Shown here: positions 40,154 to 50,706 of the stretch, piece after piece
Layout: each line of letters begins with the position of its first letter
Position numbering within the stretch: position 1 is the first letter of the stretch
Virus record (IMG/VR): IMGVR_UViG_3300020048_000027
Coordinates: 64,001-128,000 of that record
Reading direction: 5' to 3' (one strand)
Length of the DNA: 64,000 nucleotides
DNA from: a virus
Made by a program: the position numbers and the translations under genes
Notes under the pieces: model-generated
Database searches by the model: none
Told to the model about the DNA's origin: nothing
What the model saw: the letters and a program-made list of their open reading frames with translations, nothing else

Positions 40154-40534
40154 CTAGAAAGGTAGCTCTTCGTAAATTATTACTTTAACAGGTTTTTCTG
40201 CTTTCTCAAATAACTTTATAGTACTTAGTGTACCTTTCGATTTATTATCCCAAAATGCTATTCCTGCATCTGCATTATTTACTATATACTGATTTCTAAT
40301 AAAACCTGCACTCTTACTGTGTTTATTCCAATCTGCAGGAAATATTAATTTTGGTATTTTATTCGTATCTGCCCACTGTTCACCAAATGTATCAGCTCCG
40401 GTAGCTCCTCCGCTTACTACTAATCCTATTTTGTTTTTATAATCTTCTAAAGTATTTGCAAGAAGTTCATAATTATCAAAACTTCTACTTCCTATAATAG
40501 CTATTCGAATTCCTTCTATATTATGTATTTCCAT
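40154..40534 (-). CDS. SLOG / DUF2493 family protein
   Basis: IIGSR, VSGGATGAD, AG.IRN, SKGT. Confidence 0.85.
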   Translation of the reverse strand: MEIHNIEGIRIAIIGSRSFDNYELLANTLEDYKNKIGLVVSGGATGADTFGEQWADTNKIPKLIFPADWNKHSKSAGFIRNQYIVNNADAGIAFWDNKSKGTLSTIKLFEKAEKPVKVIIYEELPF

Positions 40535-40571
40535 GTATACCTAACTTTTATAAATATGTTTGTTTTCTATT

Positions 40572-42905
40572 CTAATGACCTTCCTTCCAATTATTTGCTA
40601 TTTCTGGCGGTGCTTTTAATGTTACACCCGGCAGTACTAAGTTAGTCTCCATAATATGCTGCACTATCGGTGCAAACATTTCTGCTTCTTCCTCAGCAAT
40701 ATTTATTATAAGTTGATCATGAATCTGAGCTTGTACTCTAGCGTCTAATCCCAACTCCTTAGCTTTTCTGTTAATCTTTAATGCAGCCCTGTTTACAACT
40801 GATGCTGCTAAACTTTGTAATTGGTAGTTAAGACAGTTGTTCAAGCCGTTTTTATAGTCTCTGTATATCTGAAGTACTTCCGGTTTTCCGAATCTTTGCT
40901 CTAATGTCTTTCTAAATTTCCAATCTAGTATCTGATCTCCAAATTTACCGTATATAAGAGCTACTTTGGGCAAGTGTCTAACTCTTCCAACGTAATTTTT
41001 AATAGTCCCATGAGCCTTAACTTGCTCTCTTGAACTTTCCATCCACTCTTTTAGTTGTGGAAACCCGTTTAAATAACCGTTTATTAATCTTTCTGCTTCT
41101 TTCTGTGAAACATCTAATGTCTTCGATAATGCAAAAGGTCCCATCCCATATGGTACACCCAGTGCATAGCCCTTTGCAGTATTTCTCTTTACCGGATCTA
41201 ACTTCTTTAAGAATACAGGAGACTTCATATCTGGAGAAACTCCATTCGGATATCTCTTTGTATCCTCTTCTAATTTCTCAGTTTTAATAGCAACTGTTGA
41301 GTAAAAGTCCCAACCGTTATTAAAAATATCTTGTAAATTTTTATCCTTAGTTACAGATGCAAAGCAATGAGGCTCCAGTGATTCAAAATCCGCATCAATC
41401 GCTTTTCTTCCTTTCCCTGCTATAAGGAAAGCTCTCACAATGTTTGTATACTTTACAATAATTGGCACATCTTCTCCTTCTTCTTTAGGTTTAGGAAGTT
41501 GTTGCATATCTGATCCATACCTCCCTGATACTGTTCCATGTTGCTTATAGTAAGGGTAATATTTACCATCTTCCTGTCTATCCCTAAATCTATCTATGTA
41601 TGTTGAGTTAATTTTAACTAACTTATTATATATCCTTAAATTCTCAGCCCATGTATAGTCTTTGGCTAAAATCTCTATCATATCCATATCAAACTGATCT
41701 TGCCCTTTCTTGGTTTGACTTTGAGCTTTAATCCCCATATAGTTAAAAATTATCTCTCCCAGGTGCTTTTTAGACTGTATATTAATATAGTCACCTTCAT
41801 TAACTTCCTTCCATAGGTACATTGAGATACGTGCTACTTCTACTTCCTCTAGTAGTTTTACATCTCCTGTTAGTAGAAACTGTTTTACAGTCGAGTCTTC
41901 TAATTCTTCAATATTTTTTGACGTAAGTGAATACTTTCCTGTTTTTTCAGATTTCGGTATCGGTAGAGAATATCTTTCAACTAATGTCTGAGCCCATGTT
42001 CCTTTATGGTTTGGAGGGTATGTTTTAAACGCTGTATCCATCACCCATTGCTTAGCTTCTACGGTTGTTACTAAGCTCCGTAAAACTATTTCTTTATTTA
42101 TCTTAAGGTCCTCTAAAATTTCAATGTGTGTCTGCTCTATAAGAGCTAAGTCCAAATCTACTCCTAACTCCTCCATTGGTATAGTAACTTCCTTGTATAT
42201 CGGCATTACCTCTTCCTCGAAAAAGAATTCTTCTAACCCTTCTTCCTTTAGTTTTTCAAGGAAGTAGTTACATAGCCGTAATGTTAAATCTGTATCTGCA
42301 CAAGCATACTCAGATATAATCTCTAGGTCTGCCTTGTATAGTTCATAGTTTGTTTTTGTAACAGATCCACCATTTGCTTTTATAGAATCTTTTAGTCTTA
42401 TTTGCTCTTCGTTAGCTTCTTTTTCTACGTCTAATCCAATCTCCTTTTGAACTGAGATTGCTAATGGTTTTAACCCGAATACTCCCATGCCTGCTCCTTC
42501 TTCTTGAACAGTGTGTACAAGTAAAGCAGTGTCCACCCAGGTATCCATTATAAGATCTACTCCGTAGTAGTTCTTAATTATTCTAGTATCAAAAGACATA
42601 TTGTGTCCAATAAGTTTCTTACCATGTAACGTTCCAAGCAAGTTCTTTACAATGTCGTCTGCTTTTTTTTTGTCTATATATAGGTACTCCAACGATTCGT
42701 TTACTGGGTTCCATTCTCGGGTAGGTATATACCATCCGTTACCTACCTCTGTTGTAAACGAGACTCCTATAATAGAATCTTTCCTTACATTAAGTCCTGT
42801 AGTCTCAGTATCTATTGCGATCTTCTCATGATCCATTAGGTTTTGCCACAATACTTTTAACTTCTCAATTGAATCTACAGTTACGTACTGTTTCGTTATT
42901 TGCAT
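40572..42905 (-). CDS. polA: family A DNA polymerase with 3'-5' exonuclease
   Basis: DTETTGL, HN..FD, YACAD, TVSGR, ADFESLE, R..AK....G..YG, IHD. Confidence 0.95.
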   Translation of the reverse strand: MQITKQYVTVDSIEKLKVLWQNLMDHEKIAIDTETTGLNVRKDSIIGVSFTTEVGNGWYIPTREWNPVNESLEYLYIDKKKADDIVKNLLGTLHGKKLIGHNMSFDTRIIKNYYGVDLIMDTWVDTALLVHTVQEEGAGMGVFGLKPLAISVQKEIGLDVEKEANEEQIRLKDSIKANGGSVTKTNYELYKADLEIISEYACADTDLTLRLCNYFLEKLKEEGLEEFFFEEEVMPIYKEVTIPMEELGVDLDLALIEQTHIEILEDLKINKEIVLRSLVTTVEAKQWVMDTAFKTYPPNHKGTWAQTLVERYSLPIPKSEKTGKYSLTSKNIEELEDSTVKQFLLTGDVKLLEEVEVARISMYLWKEVNEGDYINIQSKKHLGEIIFNYMGIKAQSQTKKGQDQFDMDMIEILAKDYTWAENLRIYNKLVKINSTYIDRFRDRQEDGKYYPYYKQHGTVSGRYGSDMQQLPKPKEEGEDVPIIVKYTNIVRAFLIAGKGRKAIDADFESLEPHCFASVTKDKNLQDIFNNGWDFYSTVAIKTEKLEEDTKRYPNGVSPDMKSPVFLKKLDPVKRNTAKGYALGVPYGMGPFALSKTLDVSQKEAERLINGYLNGFPQLKEWMESSREQVKAHGTIKNYVGRVRHLPKVALIYGKFGDQILDWKFRKTLEQRFGKPEVLQIYRDYKNGLNNCLNYQLQSLAASVVNRAALKINRKAKELGLDARVQAQIHDQLIINIAEEEAEMFAPIVQHIMETNLVLPGVTLKAPPEIANNWKEGH

Positions 42906-42980
42906 CCTATATCTTTTATTATATTAATCTATATCTAAATATATGAAAAAAGTTGCATTTCTGCAACTCTTTCTCTATTT

Positions 42981-43256
42981 TTACCCCTCTCCGTAAAGAT
43001 CATAAACCTTAGGTGGTGGAGGTGGTGGAGCTTCAAGCCATTCTATAGCCATTAGGTACCCTTTTAACGGTTCTAATCTATAACCTCCTTTATGTCCTGT
43101 GCTTCTCATATAGACGGCTAGTGTCTCTACTAACCCGTCTATTGTACTTCCCACAGGGTTCGAACTCTCATCTACTAATTTCCACCTATCTCCCGGTGGC
43201 TGCCTTTTTGCTATTATTTTAAAGCTTATTTGACCCTCTTCTTGATTTTTATGCAT
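42981..43256 (-). CDS. hypothetical protein
   Basis: ORF. Confidence 0.65.
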   Translation of the reverse strand: MHKNQEEGQISFKIIAKRQPPGDRWKLVDESSNPVGSTIDGLVETLAVYMRSTGHKGGYRLEPLKGYLMAIEWLEAPPPPPPKVYDLYGEG

Positions 43257-44173
43257 TATTGTTGCGGTGTTTTTTCAAAGAGTATTTCCGTGTTCTCGTA
43301 CTCCCACATTATGTTTTTTATAAGAGTGTTGTTTGTTGCTCTAATCGAGTGAATATCTAATCCTCCTCTTCTATTGTAGATGTTTGCTACAAGTAACTCT
43401 ACCGGACTATACTTCTTCTGCAATGTATCGTACATGATCTCTGTTACGTTTTCATGAAAGTGTTGAGAATCTCTAAAGGAAATTATATACTTTGTTAATG
43501 CTTCTTTGGTCGGGGATTTTTTTCCTCTCATAAAAATATAACAATTTCCTGTATCCTTCTGGTTTGTAATTTCGCAGTTACTTCTTAAGTTAGCTGTATG
43601 AAAGCTGAAGTTATCTATTTCTTTTGCTTCAACCATATCAAGTAATTCAGGGTTTTCCTCATACTCACTCATCTCGTACCCTTTGTCGTCCACATTCTCA
43701 AAATAGTAGTTAAAAGGTGCTTTTGCAAAGCTGGCTGTGTGTGCTATATGAAGGGTTACTTTTACATCATCTACCAGTGCTTCCGAAAGGTCTTGTCTAA
43801 TTATATCTTCAACAACTTCCTTACTTTGAAATTTCTCTAAATCAAAAGAATTTAGATATAACTTAAATGATTTGGACTCCACCATAGCTTCAGAAGAAGC
43901 CGAATACTTTACTTTAAGCACACCTGTAACTGGCATCCCGGTCGGACCTATAAAAGACATCTCGTATGCATGCCAAACTTCATAACCTACAAAGTCACTA
44001 TTTTTAATCTTTGAATTAGTCCTATTTAAAGATCTAGGTAAGGGCACCAGTAGTGTTTTATCATGCTCAGTTGGGGTAACATAAGCTTTTACCAGTGTTC
44101 CGTCTCCTGCTTTCCCTAAATGCTTTGAAGCTAATTCTCTTAATTTATCTATTCCGTTGTCTTGTTCTTTCAT
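43256..44173 (-). CDS. queF: NADPH-dependent preQ0 reductase QueF (bimodular)
   Basis: ESKSFKLYLNSF, LRSNC..T.Q.D, FHE, RRGGLDI. Confidence 0.9.
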   Translation of the reverse strand: MKEQDNGIDKLRELASKHLGKAGDGTLVKAYVTPTEHDKTLLVPLPRSLNRTNSKIKNSDFVGYEVWHAYEMSFIGPTGMPVTGVLKVKYSASSEAMVESKSFKLYLNSFDLEKFQSKEVVEDIIRQDLSEALVDDVKVTLHIAHTASFAKAPFNYYFENVDDKGYEMSEYEENPELLDMVEAKEIDNFSFHTANLRSNCEITNQKDTGNCYIFMRGKKSPTKEALTKYIISFRDSQHFHENVTEIMYDTLQKKYSPVELLVANIYNRRGGLDIHSIRATNNTLIKNIMWEYENTEILFEKTPQQ

Positions 44174-44370
44174 CTATTTAATCTGTTATTTCATATTCAA
44201 TTAATGGTTCTTCTGACTCTATTTCTGTAGTCCATTTCCAACCTAGTTCTGGATACTTTATAAAAAATGCTTGCTCATCTTTCTGAAAAAGGTGAGCCTG
44301 TTCACCGGTTATGGAAACTTCCCAGTATTCTGTGGTTTTTAGTTCTTTTATTTTAATTAATGTTGGCATG

Positions 44371-44736
44371 CTAACTTCCGAAAAGTATTTTTGTTCCTCC
44401 AGAGTACGCATATCCGTGTCCATTTTCGATTAACAGCTCAGTTACCGATTTAACCTCACCGTCTACGTAGATGTCTGCTAGGACTCTGCCAAACTTATCT
44501 AACTCTCTAGAGATTATCGTAAATTCCCCACCGTTTCTGTTCAGCAGTTCTTTAGTAAATTCCTTTGCTTTTTTTCCAGCTTCTTTTTCCTCTAAGTTAA
44601 GTGTTCTACTTTCCCAAGTATCTACTCCGTTTATTCTTATGGTTTTTTCTACCCATGTGTAAAACCCTAAGTCAATTGAAACTTCAACTGTGTCACCATC
44701 TACTACTCTTTGTAATTTTGCTCTATATGTATACAC
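44371..44736 (-). CDS. thermonuclease (SNase) family
   Basis: RVVDGDT, IR..GVDT.E, DKFGR.LA. Confidence 0.85.
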   Translation of the reverse strand: MYTYRAKLQRVVDGDTVEVSIDLGFYTWVEKTIRINGVDTWESRTLNLEEKEAGKKAKEFTKELLNRNGGEFTIISRELDKFGRVLADIYVDGEVKSVTELLIENGHGYAYSGGTKILFGS

Positions 44737-45257
44737 TACTTTATAAATTTTAAAATTTGCTCTACTCTTTGCATCGGTGATCCTGTAACTGTCAGTTTTG
44801 AAACTGCTGTTCGTTGTAGTTCATATTGAAAACCTTCATCAACTTTAACTCGCCACTCTTCATTAATGCTCCTTACTCCATCATCTACCGATTTAAATTC
44901 AATTGGAAAATATATAAAATGAGTATACCTTCCAGCAACATTTTTCCAAATATCTTCAATAAACTTTAACTGATTTTTGTCTATGTTTTCTAAGCATTTC
45001 GAATACACCAGTAAGTCCATATAACACCTGTCGTAGACTGTACTTTCCATTGAAAGTAAAGCCTGTAAGTGAAAGGAACTAATTGCTAATTGAGTTGCTA
45101 ACGTACCTTCTTCATTTATAGCAAAACCATACTTCTGCACTGTTCGTGTAGACTCATTAATAAATGTATATTTAGGCAACCTACTCTTAAGTAGTTCGTA
45201 CACCGTAGTTTTTCCTGTACTGCTCGCTCCTATTAACGCAATTTTATTTATTGACAT
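44736..45257 (-). CDS. P-loop kinase (AAA_28 / dNMP-kinase-like)
   Basis: GASSTGKTT, YDRC..D, DDGVR. Confidence 0.75.
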   Translation of the reverse strand: MSINKIALIGASSTGKTTVYELLKSRLPKYTFINESTRTVQKYGFAINEEGTLATQLAISSFHLQALLSMESTVYDRCYMDLLVYSKCLENIDKNQLKFIEDIWKNVAGRYTHFIYFPIEFKSVDDGVRSINEEWRVKVDEGFQYELQRTAVSKLTVTGSPMQRVEQILKFIK

Positions 45258-45290
45258 TCCTATTGTTTTATTTATCTAAATATACGAAAT

Positions 45291-45848
45291 TTAAATATAA
45301 ACTCCAACTTCTTTAAAGAATCTTACCCACAGGTATAACGAACGGTCTCTCAATTTACTGTACAGTTCATCCAAGCTTGTAAGGGTCTCTACATTAAAGT
45401 ACTCCTTCATTAAAACTTTTCCTTCGTCAACTCCTGCTGTAACTCTATGTATAACACATCCTGCTTGTTTCATCTCGCCATTCTGTATTGCAGTGTATGC
45501 TCTTTCTTGAGGATCTTTTCCTTTAAGCTCTGGGTATTTTGTAATAAGTCCAGGATGTCCATTTATTATGCTATATTTTTCACATATCTGTGGTGGCATT
45601 ATTCTAAGCCATCCATGTAGGGTAATAACAGCATTCTCGTATCCGGATAGTATATCTTCTAACTCTTCTACTGTTGGCTTATTTGATACAAATGTAACCT
45701 TCCCCTCTAATTCTTGCGATACTGTTCTGAGGTGTTCTGGTCTTTCATTTGTTACTATAAGGTCAGGCCATCTTCCTATCTGTTTACTTATATCTACAAT
45801 TTCTTTTCCTGTTTGTGAAAAGAAAGCTACATGTTTTTTACTCTCCAT
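45291..45848 (-). CDS. PurN-like formyltransferase, DpdN-like (preQ1 formylation)
   Basis: HGWLRI, INGHPG, H.V..GVDEG; near queF and the DpdA-like gene. Confidence 0.8.
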   Translation of the reverse strand: MESKKHVAFFSQTGKEIVDISKQIGRWPDLIVTNERPEHLRTVSQELEGKVTFVSNKPTVEELEDILSGYENAVITLHGWLRIMPPQICEKYSIINGHPGLITKYPELKGKDPQERAYTAIQNGEMKQAGCVIHRVTAGVDEGKVLMKEYFNVETLTSLDELYSKLRDRSLYLWVRFFKEVGVYI

Positions 45849-46022
45849 TACTCTATTTTAGACCTTATGCTAGTTTCCGGTAATGGGTATTTATACCTAC
45901 CATCATTCATTAAATATAATTCTCTACTCGATGTTAATCCCTCTACCTCTTGAATGCTTTCAATTACCCCTGTTAACTTCTCTCCTAGAAATTCAAATAT
46001 TACCTTATCTCCTTGCTTATAT

Positions 46023-46832
46023 TTACTCTTTTGCTTTACCATTCCAGTATTTTCTAAACTCATTAATATTATATTCTACCAACTCTAAGTTAATTTCAGA
46101 CTTTGAATAGTTAATAAGCTCAAATAACTTCTGAGATTCTTTTGTGTACAGTCCAAAATTCTCTTCATACTTTATTCCTTTAATGGCATGCACTACCGGA
46201 TTACTTGTATCTATAGAATATATCCAAGGATACATACTATATAGCTTCCCTTCAACGGGTAAGCCTATTCCTAATAGGTGGTGTTTCTTTTCTATATTAA
46301 TAACACCGTTGCTAAGCAGGTCTCCAAGTAGCTTTGCTCTTCCCATTGTCCAGCTTATATGCTTGTTAGGATGCGGAAAAGTCTCTTCGTAGTAACTGTA
46401 ATCGAAAGATATTGCAATCATATCTACATTTGCAATTTTATCCATATACTCGTAACAAGCTGCAATTTGATTATAATTCTTACCCTGAACTACTCCTATT
46501 TTCTTTCCTGGTAAGTTCTTGTGCTTTTCATTCCAGGTTGCCATTTGAATCATAGTCTGTAGGCCATCCTCTAATGCATCTGGAACTATATACCAGGTTG
46601 GTCTTAATTTATCAATCCACTTAGCAAATTTATCTGCATCAAAAGCTTCCTCTAGCTCAAATATCGAATTGTCTAGTATAACTTCTCTACCTTCCGCTAT
46701 TGCATCTTTGAATAGGTTATAATATTCCTCGTCTTCCTCAAAAAGGTGCACAAGAGCATAATCCCCGTCGGTAATTTTTTGAACTTCCTTAAATATGCTT
46801 TTAGGAGCTTCGTGGTATGTTTTTATTGCCAT
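46023..46832 (-). CDS. TGT-like TIM-barrel protein, DpdA-like deazaguanine insertion enzyme
   Basis: VILDNS, IVPD, GVVQG, HHLLG, SIDTS; pathway context. Confidence 0.65.
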   Translation of the reverse strand: MAIKTYHEAPKSIFKEVQKITDGDYALVHLFEEDEEYYNLFKDAIAEGREVILDNSIFELEEAFDADKFAKWIDKLRPTWYIVPDALEDGLQTMIQMATWNEKHKNLPGKKIGVVQGKNYNQIAACYEYMDKIANVDMIAISFDYSYYEETFPHPNKHISWTMGRAKLLGDLLSNGVINIEKKHHLLGIGLPVEGKLYSMYPWIYSIDTSNPVVHAIKGIKYEENFGLYTKESQKLFELINYSKSEINLELVEYNINEFRKYWNGKAKE

Positions 46833-47064
46833 AATCTATAATTTTATAAGTAGTTAAGAGAATGCTTAACTAATATCTAATGCTGTCTTATATATACTCT
46901 CTATTAGACGATTTAACGTATCTTCTGACTTTTCTAACCCTTCCGAGATTTTCTTTAGATTCTCTTCTGACAGTCTACTCTGTTCTTCCAATATCTGTTT
47001 TGCTATCCCGTATGGAACCATCTCTGTCTTTAAAGAATCTATATATACGATATGGTCTTCTAGT

Positions 47065-47712
47065 TTAAAGCTCATTTTTTGCTTTTTTTAGTTCTTCCTC
47101 CGTAAAAAATTGTTTTAAATTCGGTTTAAAATAGTCTACCGATTTCATAACTTTTCTATCTCTTGTCCTGTACACCACATAATAGTCTCCTACCTTCTCA
47201 TAATGACAAGGTTCTCCTTGTTCTTTTTGACGTAAAGCTGTTGATTCTATAGCTACTATTTCGTTCTTACAAGCTTTAGACATATTGGATGCTTGAACTT
47301 CTTTGTAAGCTTCCACAATTTTACCTTTTAAACCATGTAACATAGTTCCATTGCCCAACGATACATATGTAATGTCACATAATGCGTCTAATACTTCCAC
47401 AATATCTCCTCTCTCACATGCTTCTTTATACTCCTCTAACTCTTCCATTATGAACTCATATACAAACCTCCAGTCGTAATCTTCCGGAATGTTTGGAGTA
47501 TATTTGTTAGGCTTGCTGAATGTTTTATTAAATATTTCTACTTCATCTACAAAAGGCACAGATTTTTCAAGATTTTTTATATCAAGTTTAAGTCTAATAA
47601 TTTCAGCAATAACATCATCTCCTAATTCTATTTTAGACATCATTGTAAGGTCTTGTATTTGGCCAATCAACACATCAATCAATTCGTTTTGTTTTTTTTC
47701 CAATAAACTCAT
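47065..47712 (-). CDS. MazG-like NTP pyrophosphohydrolase
   Basis: EELEEY, DALCD..YV, EVQASNMSK. Confidence 0.8.
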   Translation of the reverse strand: MSLLEKKQNELIDVLIGQIQDLTMMSKIELGDDVIAEIIRLKLDIKNLEKSVPFVDEVEIFNKTFSKPNKYTPNIPEDYDWRFVYEFIMEELEEYKEACERGDIVEVLDALCDITYVSLGNGTMLHGLKGKIVEAYKEVQASNMSKACKNEIVAIESTALRQKEQGEPCHYEKVGDYYVVYRTRDRKVMKSVDYFKPNLKQFFTEEELKKAKNEL

Positions 47713-48010
47713 AAATTCTTACTTTTCTATAATTATTGCTCCTTTATTACCAATTCTTCAAATTTATCACCAGGTTTAGAACTTTTACCTAGATATGCTT
47801 CATAATCATTAAAGTCTCCCTTAGTTGACATATGTTCTAGAACTTTTATATCTTGCGGTGTTAAGAATGCCATATTCTGTTTGACTCTTCCTAATATTGC
47901 GCTTACTATTTTTTCTTGAGATTCTCCTCTCATACTTTTCTGTGCCATCATCTATATCTGTTTTATATGTTATAAAGATAAGAAAAAGATCCCGAAGGAT
48001 CTAATATTTC

Positions 48011-48211
48011 TTAAATAACTTGTACTATTCTTGATTCTGTAAGGCTTATGATTTTAAAAGCTGTTTCTCCTAACTCTTCTAACATTTTGTATGTTTTAGA
48101 TTCTGCTTCTGTGCCTGTCATTGCATCTACTAAGTAAATTTCTTTTACTTTTTGAACTCTACCTCTATCGTTTTCTCTTTCGAATTGGGTAACTACTTGC
48201 CAATAATTCAT
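48011..48211 (-). CDS. DUF4494-like protein
   Basis: G...KVKE.YLVDA...TEAE. Confidence 0.6.
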   Translation of the reverse strand: MNYWQVVTQFERENDRGRVQKVKEIYLVDAMTGTEAESKTYKMLEELGETAFKIISLTESRIVQVI

Positions 48212-48239
48212 AATGTTTGATTTTAGTTATTATATTTAA

Positions 48240-48947
48240 TTACCTCTTTCTTACCGCATCACTTACGTGCATCATAAACTCAGCTCGTGCAGAATCCTCC
48301 TCTAGAAAACAACCTGATAGTTTTGTTGTTTGCATTGAGGCTCCTTGATGTTTTATACCTCTACAGCTAACGCATGAATGAGTAGCGTCTACCGTAATTG
48401 CGACTCCTTGATTCCCTTCACAGATAAGGTTTATAGCATTGTGTATGGAAACTGTTAACTGTTCCTGTATTTGACCTCTTCTACCAAAATGCTCTACAAT
48501 ACGGTTAATTTTAGATAATCCCACTACCTTTCCATCCTTAGACGGTACATAAGCTGCGGTTACATATCCCCGTATTTCTTCATGGTGGTGACTACACATT
48601 GAAATTAACGGTATATTGGACTCAACAACTAGGCCATCGTATCCATCAGAGGGAAAGGACGTAATACTGGTTAGTGGTTCAAATCTTCCTTGCCACTTTT
48701 CCATATATGCCTTTGCAACCCTCATTGGAGTATCAGATGAATTAGGATCATTTTCCCAATCACATCCTAATGCTGTAAGGAAATCTGCAAAGGCAGCAGC
48801 TGCATTAACGATGATAGTACTCTTTTCTATCTCGGTTAAGCTAGCTTCAGGACCGTCCTTTTTTTGCTTCTCAGCTAATTGAGTAGAAATTCCATTTGCG
48901 AAACCTGCTTGAACTAATTCGGTCCCTTTAATAAACTTTTTTGCCAT
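48240..48947 (-). CDS. folE: GTP cyclohydrolase I
   Basis: DTP.RVAK, SMCSHH, GLSK..R, QIQE, H.C..CRG. Confidence 0.95.
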   Translation of the reverse strand: MAKKFIKGTELVQAGFANGISTQLAEKQKKDGPEASLTEIEKSTIIVNAAAAFADFLTALGCDWENDPNSSDTPMRVAKAYMEKWQGRFEPLTSITSFPSDGYDGLVVESNIPLISMCSHHHEEIRGYVTAAYVPSKDGKVVGLSKINRIVEHFGRRGQIQEQLTVSIHNAINLICEGNQGVAITVDATHSCVSCRGIKHQGASMQTTKLSGCFLEEDSARAEFMMHVSDAVRKR

Positions 48948-49832
48948 TCTTTTTTAATTTTTATTAGTGGTGTTAAAACACTCTGTTAATATACGCACTT
49001 TACCTTTACTTTTCAAACTTTTTACTTTAAAAAAGTTAAATTTAGTTCTGAGGTCCATTCATAGTTATCTAACACTTCCCCATCGCTTTCATCTATGAAT
49101 ATAACGTCTTCTTGCTTAATCCTACATTCGTAGAGATATTTTGATAATTCCTGTAAATTTACGTTTCCTTCTACTACCGAAGTATCTTGTTCGTTAATTA
49201 GGTATACCTTGTTTCCTTTTGCTTTATAATCCCATACTGGGTTGGAACCAACGTATACTACTTTGTTTAAGTACTCTAATCCTTTGTCGTCTGTTACATC
49301 TTTAAAATTCATTCTAGTTTTATTTTATATTTTTCTTTAATTAATTATTTCCCAACTATTATCAAATACTGAGCCTGCCCATTCACAACTTTTTATACCA
49401 TTTACCCCTATAAGGCGATATACAGGGCATTTAATATCCCCATAAGTAACTTCATAGAACTCATATTCCATTATTTTTCTATAATCTCCTCTTAGAGGGT
49501 CCGAATAACCCTCTCCAGGCATCCATTGGGGAAAATTGAGTCTTTCTATAGTTAATTCTTTTTTAACTTTACATTTCATTATTTACCTTTTATAGTTTTA
49601 TTTTATATTTTTCTTTAATTACGTTATAATACTTACCAACTACCAATCGATTGAATATTTACTGCTTCCGTCATGTGCTTCTGCTGTAATTCCTCCATTG
49701 GTTATGCTTGTTAAATTCAAAAAGTACCCTGTTAGCAGTAGATGCTTTACTTGTGATGTTTCTATTTGTCTTTTTTTCCAAAGGTTATAAAGAACTCTTA
49801 ATGCCTCGGGTGGTGTTGCTTGTGCTACCATA

Positions 49833-50669
49833 CTATACGTACCTGTTTTTACCAAACATCATAATATGGAGTCTAGGTGCAAATCTCCAACCTCTTTTTA
49901 ATGCTTGCTCTGCTATCCATCCCGTTCTACTATTTAAAGTATTAACATCTACTCCTTCTGGCATTAGACATACATCTGAAGGTTTAAATTCAGTTAACTG
50001 TTGTAATATCTGTTCGATTTCTTCAATATCCCGGTCTGTTGCTACTACAAATTTTAATTGAAAATCTGATAAATACTTTTTGCTTCCATCAATAAAAGAT
50101 TGAATTACAGGTATATTAATTCTTAACTTTTCATGTCTACTGGCCCATTTCTCACTATACTCAATTCCTGTACCTGCAAGATTTGCTTGATGGGGAACTG
50201 AGGTTGATAGTTTAGGAGACATTGAAACTAAGTCTGTATGTTGTGAAATTTTTTCACTAAAGATAGTTGCATTTGTCTCAATAGTTGTGTGGTACCCTAA
50301 TTTCTGTAGTGTTTCTAATAGCTCCTCTAATGCTTCTGTTTGCATTGTAGGCTCACCTCCTGAAACTACTATATGTTTGATTTTTTGAGGTACAGTGTTC
50401 TCTAGTACTATTTTAACTATCTCATCAATAGTCATTATGTTTTTTTCAGGTCTATGTGATGAGTAAGGTGTATCACAAGGCGATCCTTTTCCATCTAATC
50501 CAATCCAAGCACATCTCAAATTACATGCTGAAGTTCTTATAAATAAACAAGCTGTTCCTGTTAATTTTCCTTCTCCTTGAAAAGTACCTGCATACTTAAA
50601 TCCGGTTGAATCATTTATAAGGTTATCCTTTATAGGAAATATTCCTCCTTGTACTAAGTTTATTTTCAT
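49833..50669 (-). CDS. queE: 7-carboxy-7-deazaguanine synthase (radical SAM)
   Basis: QGEG, FIR...CNLRC...CDT.YS, SGGEP, IETN, MSPK. Confidence 0.92.
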   Translation of the reverse strand: MKINLVQGGIFPIKDNLINDSTGFKYAGTFQGEGKLTGTACLFIRTSACNLRCAWIGLDGKGSPCDTPYSSHRPEKNIMTIDEIVKIVLENTVPQKIKHIVVSGGEPTMQTEALEELLETLQKLGYHTTIETNATIFSEKISQHTDLVSMSPKLSTSVPHQANLAGTGIEYSEKWASRHEKLRINIPVIQSFIDGSKKYLSDFQLKFVVATDRDIEEIEQILQQLTEFKPSDVCLMPEGVDVNTLNSRTGWIAEQALKRGWRFAPRLHIMMFGKNRYV

Positions 50670-50706
50670 TTTTTATTTTTTATTTTTTTAATGTATGCTT
50701 CTAATA

